From: an uncultured Chloroflexia bacterium
GTDB taxonomy: Bacteria; Chloroflexota; Limnocylindria; Limnocylindrales; CSP1-4
Direction of reading: 5' to 3'
NCBI GenBank assembly: GCA_963716375.1
Contig: OY970306.1
Location: forward strand, 2,296,477-2,360,476
DNA: 64,000 bases
Shown here: piece by piece, positions 1-6,858 of the stretch
How positions within the stretch are numbered: the stretch's first letter is position 1
Layout of the letters: the number at the start of each line of letters is the position of its first letter
The notes under the pieces: model-generated
What the model was told of the DNA's origin: nothing
Databases searched by the model: none
What the model saw: only the letters and a program-made list of their open reading frames with translations
Position numbers and translations under genes: made by a program

Positions 1-98
1 TCGATGCGGCCGTCCCGAATGCCGACGTCGGCCCGGTAGCCCGGCGCGCCGGTCCCGTCGACGATGATTCCGCCCAGGATCAGGATCTCGAATTCGAT
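1..98 (-). CDS. D-aminoacylase/amidohydrolase-family protein, N-terminal fragment (gene continues past the window edge)
   Basis: Reverse-strand translation of 3-98 reads IEFEILILGGIIVDGTGAPGYRADVGIRDGRI. This matches the N-terminal pattern of the complete D-aminoacylase at 52153-53721 (MEFDLIVRGGSVIDGSAG..ADVGVNGDRI). The codon aligned with that Met is ATC. There is no ATG/GTG/TTG between it and the in-frame TGA at 201-203, so the start is unresolved. Confidence 0.45.
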   Translation of the reverse strand, partial: MEFEILILGGIIVDGTGAPGYRADVGIRDGRI

Positions 99-200
99 GG
101 CCGTGTCCTCCCGCGGGGACTCTACCGCGACGGGAGACAGCCAACTGAGCCCGCCTGAACCATGGCCGCGCCCGGGGCGTCCCCAGAACGACCGGCGCGA

Positions 201-431
201 TCAGCGCGGCCGGGCGGACGGTCGGGCCGGGGTCGGGCTCTCGAACAGGCGGAACGCGAGGACCGGGCACGCGCCGACGGCCCGATGGGCGAGGTCGAGC
301 AGCTCCGGCTGCACCTCGGCGTTGCGGACGATCGGATAGCCCCAATCGTCGAGCGCGAGCAGCTCCGGCAGCAGCTCGGCGCAGATGCCGCGGCCATCGC
401 AGGCGATCCGGTCGATGTTGAGGACGGCCAT
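201..431 (-). CDS. small ferredoxin (three-Cys, single-cluster type)
   Basis: 76 aa: MAVLNIDRIACDGRGICAELLPE...HRAVGACPVLAF (C-x5-C ... CP). This is the last part of the listed 201..2576 ORF. Its ATG at 429-431 overlaps the TGA of the upstream gene (ATGA). Confidence 0.75.
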   Translation of the reverse strand: MAVLNIDRIACDGRGICAELLPELLALDDWGYPIVRNAEVQPELLDLAHRAVGACPVLAFRLFESPTPARPSARPR

Positions 432-2371
432 CAGCTGAATCCGCCGAGGACGGAGCAGCGGCCCTGCATGTGCAGCGCGAACTCGTCGGCGAAGATCCGC
501 AGGCCGCTCTTCAGGAAGACGGCGGCGCCGTCCGGGTGGGCGCACGCTCCACGGCCGGCGAGCTGCGCGCCCCACCGCCCGATTCGCTCGAGGTCGCCGG
601 GCTCCGGCGTCCGGCCGGCGACCCGCTGGGTGGCATCCGCCACGGCCCGCATTCCGAAGACGCAGGGCCCGCACTGGCCGACGCTCTCGCCGGCCATGTA
701 GGCCATCAGCGAGGCCGTCTGGACCACGCCGCACGTCGCCTGGGGCATCACGGCGATGACGCCGGCGCCGAACCACAGGCCATGGCGCGTCATCACGGCC
801 GGATCGAGCGGCAGCTCTCGCGCGTCGTGGACGTCGGCCCAGGCCCCGAACGAATCGCCGAGCATGACGCCCTGCCCAGCCCGCGTGAGCCCGCCGACGC
901 GCTCGAGCACCTCGCCCACCGTGGTCCCGAATTCGATCTCGACGACCCGCTGGGCAGGCGTCGTGCCGGAGACCGTGACGAGTGCCGTGCCCGGCGTCTC
1001 GCCGCGGCCCATCTGGCGGTACCAGGCGTCGCCATACCGTGCGATCAACGCGGCATAGGCCAGGCTCTCGACGTTCTGGACGAGCGTCGGCATCCCGCGG
1101 ACGCCGCGCTCGAACATCCGCGGCGGCGAACTGGTCGGGCGGGCATCCCCGGCGTTGATGTAGTGCACGGCCGCGGACGATTCGCCCACGACGTAGCCGA
1201 GCGGCGCCTCCACGAGCCGCACGGGCAGCGGGAATTCGTGCTGGCGTTCGGCAAGGGCGCGACTCATCGCGTCCCACGCCGGCCGATGCTCCTGGCCGAC
1301 GAACAGGACGATCTCGTCGGCCCCGACCGCGTCGGCCGCGATGATGGCGCCGTCGATCACGAGATGCGGCCGGAGTGCCATCAGGACCCGGTCCTTGCGG
1401 CTCGTCGGCTTGCCCTCGGCGCCATTGACGACGACCACGGCATTGCCGCTCGAACGCTCGGCGACGGCCCGCCACTTGCGGCCGACCGGAAAGCCCGCGC
1501 CGCCGCGGCCCTGGAGCCCCGTGGCTTCGATGATCGGGATCACCGCCGACCCGTGGAGCGGCAGCGGACCCAGCCGGCCGCGATGGTCGCGCAGGCTTTC
1601 GGCCCCGGCCGTCACGATCGGACCCGCGAGCAGCCGATCGGTCGAAAGGACCGGCGCCAGCGAGTGGGCGGTCACCGGCGGGCCGAACGGCCCGGGCGGC
1701 GGTTGTGGCGGTCGGCCTGCCCCACTCGGTGGCGGGACGTAGGTTCCCGCCTCGACCCGTGGGCCGTCCGCGAAACCGGAGGGATTGAGCATGCCGGACC
1801 GCTCGAGCGCGACCTTGGCGGGCACGAGGTCCTCGAGCCGCCGGCGCGCCTGGGCGTCGAGGATCCGCCAGGCGACGGCGCCTCCGACTGCAGCGATGCA
1901 GGCCACGTTGATGGCCTGCATCCAGAGCGCTCCGCTGTCCGTGCCGGTCCCGATGCTGTGAATCATGGCGATGGGCCAGAACGCGTAGGTCAGCCAGTGG
2001 ACAGCCCGCCACGTGCGCAGGCCGAGGCGATCGCGAACGAGGCTCGTCACGACGATCGCGATCAGGAGGTACATCGCCACGGAGCCGAGGCCGAGGTAGA
2101 GCCGGCGGTAGTCGGCCGAGAACGGGATGGCCGCCGACGTCCAGCCGAGGGCTGTGAACGGATCGATGATCGAGGTCACGATGTGGAGCGCCAGGAATAC
2201 GAGGGACGAGAGCGCGAGCGTGCGATGCAGTTCCGCCGAGAGGACCCTCGGCCAGGACGGCCGTTCCCAGCGGATCGCGGTCAGGAGGCCGAGGCAAAAG
2301 ACGATCGTGAACATGATCTGCGAGACGACGGCAGAGCCGCGGGTGCTGTACCAGAGGATCGAGTCGTTCAT
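431..2371 (-). CDS. fusion protein: ferric-reductase-type di-haem transmembrane domain + NuoF-like (NADH dehydrogenase 51-kDa-subunit-like) FMN/NADH/Fe-S domain
   Basis: 646 aa. The N-terminal ~175 aa form 5-6 hydrophobic helices with two His pairs at 13- and 12-residue spacing (H-RTLALSSLVFLAL-H and H-WLTYAFWPIAMI-H), as in MsrQ/NOX/FRE haem-b domains. After a Pro/Gly-rich linker come NuoF-type blocks: GLQGRGGAGFPVGRKW, VVVVNGAEGKPTSRKDR, LGYVVGESSAAV, PTLVQNVESL, GTALVTVSG and ESVGQCGPCVFG...GACAHPDG. Its ATG overlaps the apbE stop (ATGA at 2368-2371). Confidence 0.85.
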   Translation of the reverse strand: MNDSILWYSTRGSAVVSQIMFTIVFCLGLLTAIRWERPSWPRVLSAELHRTLALSSLVFLALHIVTSIIDPFTALGWTSAAIPFSADYRRLYLGLGSVAMYLLIAIVVTSLVRDRLGLRTWRAVHWLTYAFWPIAMIHSIGTGTDSGALWMQAINVACIAAVGGAVAWRILDAQARRRLEDLVPAKVALERSGMLNPSGFADGPRVEAGTYVPPPSGAGRPPQPPPGPFGPPVTAHSLAPVLSTDRLLAGPIVTAGAESLRDHRGRLGPLPLHGSAVIPIIEATGLQGRGGAGFPVGRKWRAVAERSSGNAVVVVNGAEGKPTSRKDRVLMALRPHLVIDGAIIAADAVGADEIVLFVGQEHRPAWDAMSRALAERQHEFPLPVRLVEAPLGYVVGESSAAVHYINAGDARPTSSPPRMFERGVRGMPTLVQNVESLAYAALIARYGDAWYRQMGRGETPGTALVTVSGTTPAQRVVEIEFGTTVGEVLERVGGLTRAGQGVMLGDSFGAWADVHDARELPLDPAVMTRHGLWFGAGVIAVMPQATCGVVQTASLMAYMAGESVGQCGPCVFGMRAVADATQRVAGRTPEPGDLERIGRWGAQLAGRGACAHPDGAAVFLKSGLRIFADEFALHMQGRCSVLGGFS

Positions 2372-3315
2372 GCCGCATCCGCCGCCGGGCCGACGAGCGG
2401 CTCCGGCCAGTGTCCGACCCGGCTGACGTCGCCGGCCCGCGACACGAGTCGGGCCGGGAGTCCGGCGGCTTCAAGCCACGCGATGGCGCGCTCGCCGAGC
2501 ACGATCGCCGCGGTCGCCGCCGTGTTGGCATCGACGCAGGTGCGGGCCACGACTGTCGCGGTCCGCCACGGCCCATCGACCGGCAATCCAGTCGCCGGAT
2601 CCACGATGTGATGGCGGACGATTCCGCCGGCCGTCCAGCGTCGAACCGTCGTGCTCGAGGTGGCCAGCGCGTCGCCGCGGATCGCGATCACCTCGCCATC
2701 GGCATCGGGTGGCGTGCGGCTGTCCTCGGCGCAGTTCACGCGCCAGCCGCCGTCGGGCGCGGGTCCGGCCGTTGCCAGGTCGCCGCCCAGGCTCACGAGG
2801 ACGCCGCAGCCGGCCGCCCGCTCGGCCGCGGTGGCCGCCAGGTCCGCGGCCAGGGCCTTGCCCGTCGAACCGAGGTCGAGACTCACCCCGCGGGGCACGC
2901 GTGCCGTTCGCGCGACCGAATCCAGCTGGATCGTGCGCCAGCCGGGCACGCGGACGATGGTGATCGGGGCAGGCATTGCGGCCGCCGTCAATGCGGCGAA
3001 ATCCCGGTCGTAGCCGAGCGCTCGGAGCGCGCCGCCGACGGTCGGATCGACAGCCCCATCGGTCATCACGGCGGCCCGGACGGCAGCCTGGAGCGCCTCG
3101 AACAGCAGTGGACTGACCCGGACGGGCCGGTCGGGTGACACATTGAGCGCGGTCAGCTCGCTATCGGCGCGGAAGCGGCTGTAGGTCGCATCGACGGTTT
3201 CGAGGACCAGGCGGACCGCCTCGGCGGCAACCGGGGCCGCCTGCTCGTCGGTCACGAGCACGTGGACGGACGTCCCGAGCGCTTCCCAGCGGACGGCGGC
3301 GATCGGCGACTCCAT
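2368..3315 (-). CDS. apbE: FAD:protein FMN transferase (ApbE family), no recognisable signal peptide
   Basis: 315 aa with ApbE-type blocks: YSRFRADSELTALN, DLGSTGKALAADL and RHHIVDPATGLPV. The N-terminus MESPIAAVRWEALGTSVHVLV goes straight into the mature-domain pattern, with no hydrophobic leader and no lipobox. Both ends have ATGA overlaps. Confidence 0.88.
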   Translation of the reverse strand: MESPIAAVRWEALGTSVHVLVTDEQAAPVAAEAVRLVLETVDATYSRFRADSELTALNVSPDRPVRVSPLLFEALQAAVRAAVMTDGAVDPTVGGALRALGYDRDFAALTAAAMPAPITIVRVPGWRTIQLDSVARTARVPRGVSLDLGSTGKALAADLAATAAERAAGCGVLVSLGGDLATAGPAPDGGWRVNCAEDSRTPPDADGEVIAIRGDALATSSTTVRRWTAGGIVRHHIVDPATGLPVDGPWRTATVVARTCVDANTAATAAIVLGERAIAWLEAAGLPARLVSRAGDVSRVGHWPEPLVGPAADAA

Positions 3316-3641
3316 CAGGATCCGCCGCTCGTTGTCTGGGCGGCCCGGCGCGTGGCCGTCGGGGTCGCGGTCGGCATGGCCGGTGTCGCGGCGGCCGTCG
3401 GGGAGGTCGTCGTCGTGGCCGCCGTCGTGGCCGCCGTCTCGACGGCCGCCGCCGTGGTCGTCCTGCTCGTGGCGGTGGTCGCGTCAGCTGCTGTCGAGCC
3501 ACCCGGATACGAGATGGCGGCGATGGCGCTGACTCCGACGACGGTCAGCGCGGCGGCGATCGTGCCACCCCGGTTGATCGCCGCCAGCCGCCGCACCATG
3601 CGGTCGCGGTTCGCGGGTCGGGAGTCGCGTGGCGTGTTCAT
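3315..3641 (-). CDS. small protein: twin-arginine-type signal/anchor followed by a Thr/Ala/Pro-rich tail (paralog A)
   Basis: 108 aa. It has an n-region RDRMVRRLAAINRGG, a weakly hydrophobic Ala/Gly-rich h-region TIAAALTVVGVSAIAAISYPG, then ~65 aa of low-complexity T/A/P ending in SGGS. AGGAAG lies ~9 nt before the ATG. Its TGA overlaps the apbE ATG. It is a paralog of 4047-4406. Confidence 0.6.
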   Translation of the reverse strand: MNTPRDSRPANRDRMVRRLAAINRGGTIAAALTVVGVSAIAAISYPGGSTAADATTATSRTTTAAAVETAATTAATTTTSPTAAATPAMPTATPTATRRAAQTTSGGS

Positions 3642-3689
3642 GGCCCAGGCTTCCTGTGGTTGGTGCGTCGACCCTGGCGCGGGGCGGCG

Positions 3690-3920
3690 TCAGGATCCTG
3701 AACCGACGGTGCCCCAGCGGAGGCTCGGTCGGCTCACTCTAGTGTCATTCGCAGGGTTCGTGCGCGAGTCGGTCGCGGCCACCTGGCTTCTCGCCCGCTG
3801 GGTCACCGGGTTCGTGCCGGGCCCGGGCGGCGGGGCGCCGATCGGCCCGAAGAGGGTGGCCTGGTCGCCGCGCACGACGACGGTTCCGGCAGGGAGGGGG
3901 CGGTCGATCGGTTGGTCCAT
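3690..3920 (-). CDS. candidate small ORF (76 aa), function unknown
   Basis: An internal Met of the listed 3690..3929 ORF is preceded by CCAGGAGTGACCCCG-ATG, a strong SD at 8 nt. The first ~40 codons are GC3-rich, as in the real genes here. The last ~25 codons use rare codons (AGA, AAT, ACT, CGA) and overlap the duplicated promoter-like segment upstream of 3315-3641. No recognisable domain. Confidence 0.3.
   Translation of the reverse strand: MDQPIDRPLPAGTVVVRGDQATLFGPIGAPPPGPGTNPVTQRARSQVAATDSRTNPANDTRVSRPSLRWGTVGSGS
3736..3741 (-). promoter_or_regulatory. putative -10 hexamer TAGAGT for small-protein gene A / apbE operon
   Basis: A TAnnnT hexamer ~95 nt upstream of the ATG at 3641. It lies inside a ~60-nt segment about 65 % identical to the segment upstream of paralog B, which carries TACAGT at the equivalent position. 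Confidence 0.3.
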
Positions 3921-4046
3921 CGGGGTCACTCCTGGTCATCGAGCTGTGCGCTCGGGTTCGAATTGCCAGGAGTGTCGCGGGCCGACCCTTTCGGTCCGAT
4001 TACGGCCGACGCGGTCTGATTCGCCCGCCACGACAGTGTCCGGGGA

Positions 4047-4406
4047 TCAGGATCCGCCGCTGCTGACGCGGCCGCGTCCCCGAGTGGACCGGGGCGGAGC
4101 CGTTGGCGCCGCGAACGTGGGCGCGGGCGTCGGTGCCGCCTGGGCCGTGGGATTCGGATTGACGGCTCCCGAGCGCGTCCGGGCCGGCGTCGGGGTGGCG
4201 GCCGGTTCGGGGTTCGTGATCCCCTGTCCGCCATCGTTGCCGCCGTCGGGCGCCGCGGCGGACGCGCCCGGGTATGAGATCGCGGCCACGGCACTGATGC
4301 CGACGACGGCCGCCGTCGCGGCGATCGCTCCGCCGCGGTTGATCAGGGAGAGCCGGCGGATGGTCCGATCCCGCTCGCGTGGACTGAGGTCCGGTGGGGT
4401 GCTCAT
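4047..4406 (-). CDS. small protein: twin-arginine-type signal/anchor followed by a Pro/Ala/Thr-rich tail (paralog B)
   Basis: 119 aa: RERDRTIRRLSLINRGG, then AIAATAAVVGISAVAAISYPGASA (an AxA-like site), then a low-complexity tail ending in SSGGS. AGGAA lies 6 nt before the ATG. The last 15 nt (AGCGGCGGATCCTGA) are identical to those of paralog A. Confidence 0.55.
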   Translation of the reverse strand: MSTPPDLSPRERDRTIRRLSLINRGGAIAATAAVVGISAVAAISYPGASAAAPDGGNDGGQGITNPEPAATPTPARTRSGAVNPNPTAQAAPTPAPTFAAPTAPPRSTRGRGRVSSGGS

Positions 4407-4504
4407 CGTGGATTCCTGTATCGCTCGGAGGTGGCCGGGACACTGGCCGTCATGAAGGTCGATGTCCCGAGCTCGTGGCCCCTGTGTCGAGGCTCGGCGT
4501 TCTG

Positions 4505-4510
4505 ACTGTA
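4505..4510 (-). promoter_or_regulatory. putative -10 hexamer TACAGT for small-protein gene B
   Basis: A TAnnnT hexamer ~99 nt upstream of the ATG at 4406, at the position equivalent to TAGAGT upstream of paralog A. Confidence 0.3.
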
Positions 4511-4642
4511 CCCGCTATCCAGGGAATCGTCGCGAACCGGTGCCTTTGGGCACCCCCGGACCGGCGGCCAACTGGCGCTGTCTTTGGGAACACACATCTT
4601 CGTCTCAGCCGACTCACAGACTGCGACGGCAGGCTGGTTGAA

Positions 4643-6076
4643 ATGAACAGCACAAGGGCGCCCCTGGGTCGACGCGCCCTCGATGGGAACCGCGGGCCCA
4701 CTCGGGGGCGGCATCTCACCGGACGTCCCGCCGTCCCGCACCCGCGGGTCTGGCCGATCGGCGTCGGCGACATTGCCTGGATCCTGCTCGGCAATGCGAT
4801 CCTGATCATCGCCATGTGGGTCCGTCACGGCCAGCTCTCCGAGCTCGGCAGCCTCTCTGGCCTCCTGACGGCTGCGGGCCAGGTCACGGCGCTGCTCGGG
4901 ACCTACGCCGTGCTGATCCAGCTCGTCCTGATGTCAAGAAGCCCATGGCTGGACCAGCAGTTCGGGATGGACCGGCTTGTTGTGTGGCACCGCTGGCTCG
5001 GGTTCGCCACGGTCTGGCTGCTCCTGGGTCACGGCATCTTCACGACCGCGGGGTATGCGCTCGGCGACGGCAGCAGCATGCCCGGCGAACTGTGGACGCT
5101 CCTCACCACCTATCCGTACGTGCTGATGGCGACCGCCGGGATGGCCCTGTTCCTGGCGGTGGGTGTCAGTTCCGTGCGGCGCGTCCGAAAGCGGGTTTCG
5201 TACGAGACGTGGTACGGGATCCACCTCTATGCGTACCTCGCGGTTGCGTTGGCATTCGCCCACCAGCTCGCGGTCGGATCCGATTTCACGTCCGATCCAC
5301 TGGCTCGCGTCTACTGGGTCGCCCTCTATGCATTCGTCGCCGTGCTGGTCCTGGTCTTTCGGATCGGTCACCCGATCGCGCTCTCGCTGCGCCATCGATT
5401 GCGCGTGTCGAGCGTCGTCCAGGAAGCGCCCGGGGTCGTGTCGGTCTACGTGACCGGTCGGGACCTGGATCGACTCGCCGTTCGAGCCGGCCAGTACTTC
5501 CTCTGGCGGTTCCTGGCGCGAGACGGATGGTGGCGAGCGCATCCCTTCTCCCTCTCGGCCGCGCCGAACGGGAAGTACCTTCGGTTGACGATCAAGGAGC
5601 TCGGCGATTGGTCGGGCGCCCTCCAGGATCTCCATCCCGGCACGCGAGTCTTCGCCGAGGGTCCATACGGGCGGCTCACCTCGTCCGCTCGGCGCACCTC
5701 GCGCGTGCTGCTGATCGCGGGCGGCATCGGGATCACGCCGCTGCGAGCGCTCCTCGAGGAACTGCCCAGCGGAGCCGGGGCGGTCACGCTGATCTATCGC
5801 GCCCGCGATTGGAGCGACGTCGTCTTCCACGACGAGCTGGAGGAACTGGCTCGAGCGCGTGGTGCCGAGATCCACTTCGTCGTCGGCGAGCGCGGCAGCC
5901 CCGACGTCCCGGACGATCCGCTCGGGGCGCCATCGATTCGCCGCCTGGTCCCCGACATCCTCATGCGGGACGTCTATCTCTGCGGCCCGCTCGGGATGAT
6001 GGACGCCGTCAGGCATGCGCTTCGAACGCTCCGTGTGCCCGCGAGTCGCATCCACAGCGAACGATTCGCGTACTGA
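4643..6076 (+). CDS. NOX/FRE-type reductase: ferric-reductase di-haem TM domain + FAD-binding + NAD(P)H-binding domains
   Basis: Start taken at MNSTRAP, the internal ATG at 4643 of the listed 4394..6076 ORF. Two His pairs are present: H-RWLGFATVWLLLG-H (13 residues apart) and H-LYAYLAVALAFA-H (12 apart). Also present are RAHPFSLS (HPFS FAD motif), LLIAGGIGITP (NAD(P)H motif) and YLCGPLGMM. Confidence 0.88.
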   Translation: MNSTRAPLGRRALDGNRGPTRGRHLTGRPAVPHPRVWPIGVGDIAWILLGNAILIIAMWVRHGQLSELGSLSGLLTAAGQVTALLGTYAVLIQLVLMSRSPWLDQQFGMDRLVVWHRWLGFATVWLLLGHGIFTTAGYALGDGSSMPGELWTLLTTYPYVLMATAGMALFLAVGVSSVRRVRKRVSYETWYGIHLYAYLAVALAFAHQLAVGSDFTSDPLARVYWVALYAFVAVLVLVFRIGHPIALSLRHRLRVSSVVQEAPGVVSVYVTGRDLDRLAVRAGQYFLWRFLARDGWWRAHPFSLSAAPNGKYLRLTIKELGDWSGALQDLHPGTRVFAEGPYGRLTSSARRTSRVLLIAGGIGITPLRALLEELPSGAGAVTLIYRARDWSDVVFHDELEELARARGAEIHFVVGERGSPDVPDDPLGAPSIRRLVPDILMRDVYLCGPLGMMDAVRHALRTLRVPASRIHSERFAY

Positions 6077-6079
6077 GAG

Positions 6080-6790
6080 ATGCGATTCGTTCTGCCACGA
6101 CGCGGCGTGCTTGCGCTCCTCAGCACGATCATCGGTCTGGTCCTCCTGCTGGGATTCAAGACTCCCCAGCCGATCCTGACGACCGGAGTCGGAATCGTTG
6201 CACGAGGCTCGAACCCGGCAAGATCGACCGCTCCAATCGCCCTTGGCCCGGGGGCTGGCAGATCTGCCACGACCAATCCGCCCGCCACTGCCATTCCGTC
6301 GCCGGCCAGCCAGACAAGCGGGATCCTCTCGGCCGCGGGCCCATCGACGTCGCCGAGCGCTGGTTCGACCACGAAACCGGTGCTCTCGACTGCCCAAGCC
6401 GGCAAGCGGGCGAATCACGCGGCCACGCCGCGGCCGGCCAGGACGCCGCCGCCTGCGCCACCCACCGCGGCGCCAACGCCGCACCGGACGCCGACTCCGA
6501 CGCCGGCCGCGTTCACCGGCAGCGTCACGGGTCCCGTTGTCGCGACCCCGTTCGGCGACGTCCAGGTTCGGGCCACCCTTTCGAGCGGGAAGCTCGTTGA
6601 CGTCCAGCCCTTGCAGATGCCGTCGGACGCGACCCGGTCGCAGATGATTGCCCAGTACGCGGCGCCGATCCTCCGGAGCGAGGCACTCACCGCCCAGAGC
6701 GCGCAGATCAACCTCGTGTCCGGAGCGACCTACACGAGCGAGGGCTACGCGCAATCGCTCCAGGCGGCTCTCGATCAGGCGAGGCGCTGA
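6080..6790 (+). CDS. membrane-anchored/exported FMN-binding-domain protein (ApbE flavinylation substrate type)
   Basis: 236 aa. The N-terminus is MRFVLPRRGVLALLSTIIGLVLLLGF, followed by a ~120-aa Pro/Thr/Ala linker. The C-terminal FMN_bind-type domain reads GDVQVRATLSSGKLVDVQPL...QSAQINLVSGATYTSEGY, with the [S/T]GA[S/T] motif. The gene starts 3 nt after the reductase gene. Confidence 0.85.
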   Translation: MRFVLPRRGVLALLSTIIGLVLLLGFKTPQPILTTGVGIVARGSNPARSTAPIALGPGAGRSATTNPPATAIPSPASQTSGILSAAGPSTSPSAGSTTKPVLSTAQAGKRANHAATPRPARTPPPAPPTAAPTPHRTPTPTPAAFTGSVTGPVVATPFGDVQVRATLSSGKLVDVQPLQMPSDATRSQMIAQYAAPILRSEALTAQSAQINLVSGATYTSEGYAQSLQAALDQARR

Positions 6791-6858
6791 CGTTTCCCGG
6801 GGAACCGGAGCAATGGGGAGCGTTTCTCGGACGCCCGGCCATCCGTGCAGCCGACAGC

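Noticed and set aside
201-2611. Very long ORFs 201..2576 (-, 791 aa) and 470..2611 (+, 713 aa) overlapping the reductase-fusion gene
   Set aside because: Their translations are Arg/Pro/Gly/Ala-rich low complexity with no motifs. They are out of frame or antisense to a gene with clear NuoF/ferric-reductase motifs. Only the last 76 codons of 201..2576, the ferredoxin, look real. They are typical open-frame artefacts of ~70 % GC DNA.
3931-3975. GGGTTCGAATTGCC (T-loop-like) inside a CTCCTGG...CCAGGAG inverted repeat, considered as a tRNA fragment
   Set aside because: There is no T-stem complementarity around the loop and no other tRNA arms. The inverted repeat instead overlaps the SD of the candidate 76-aa ORF.
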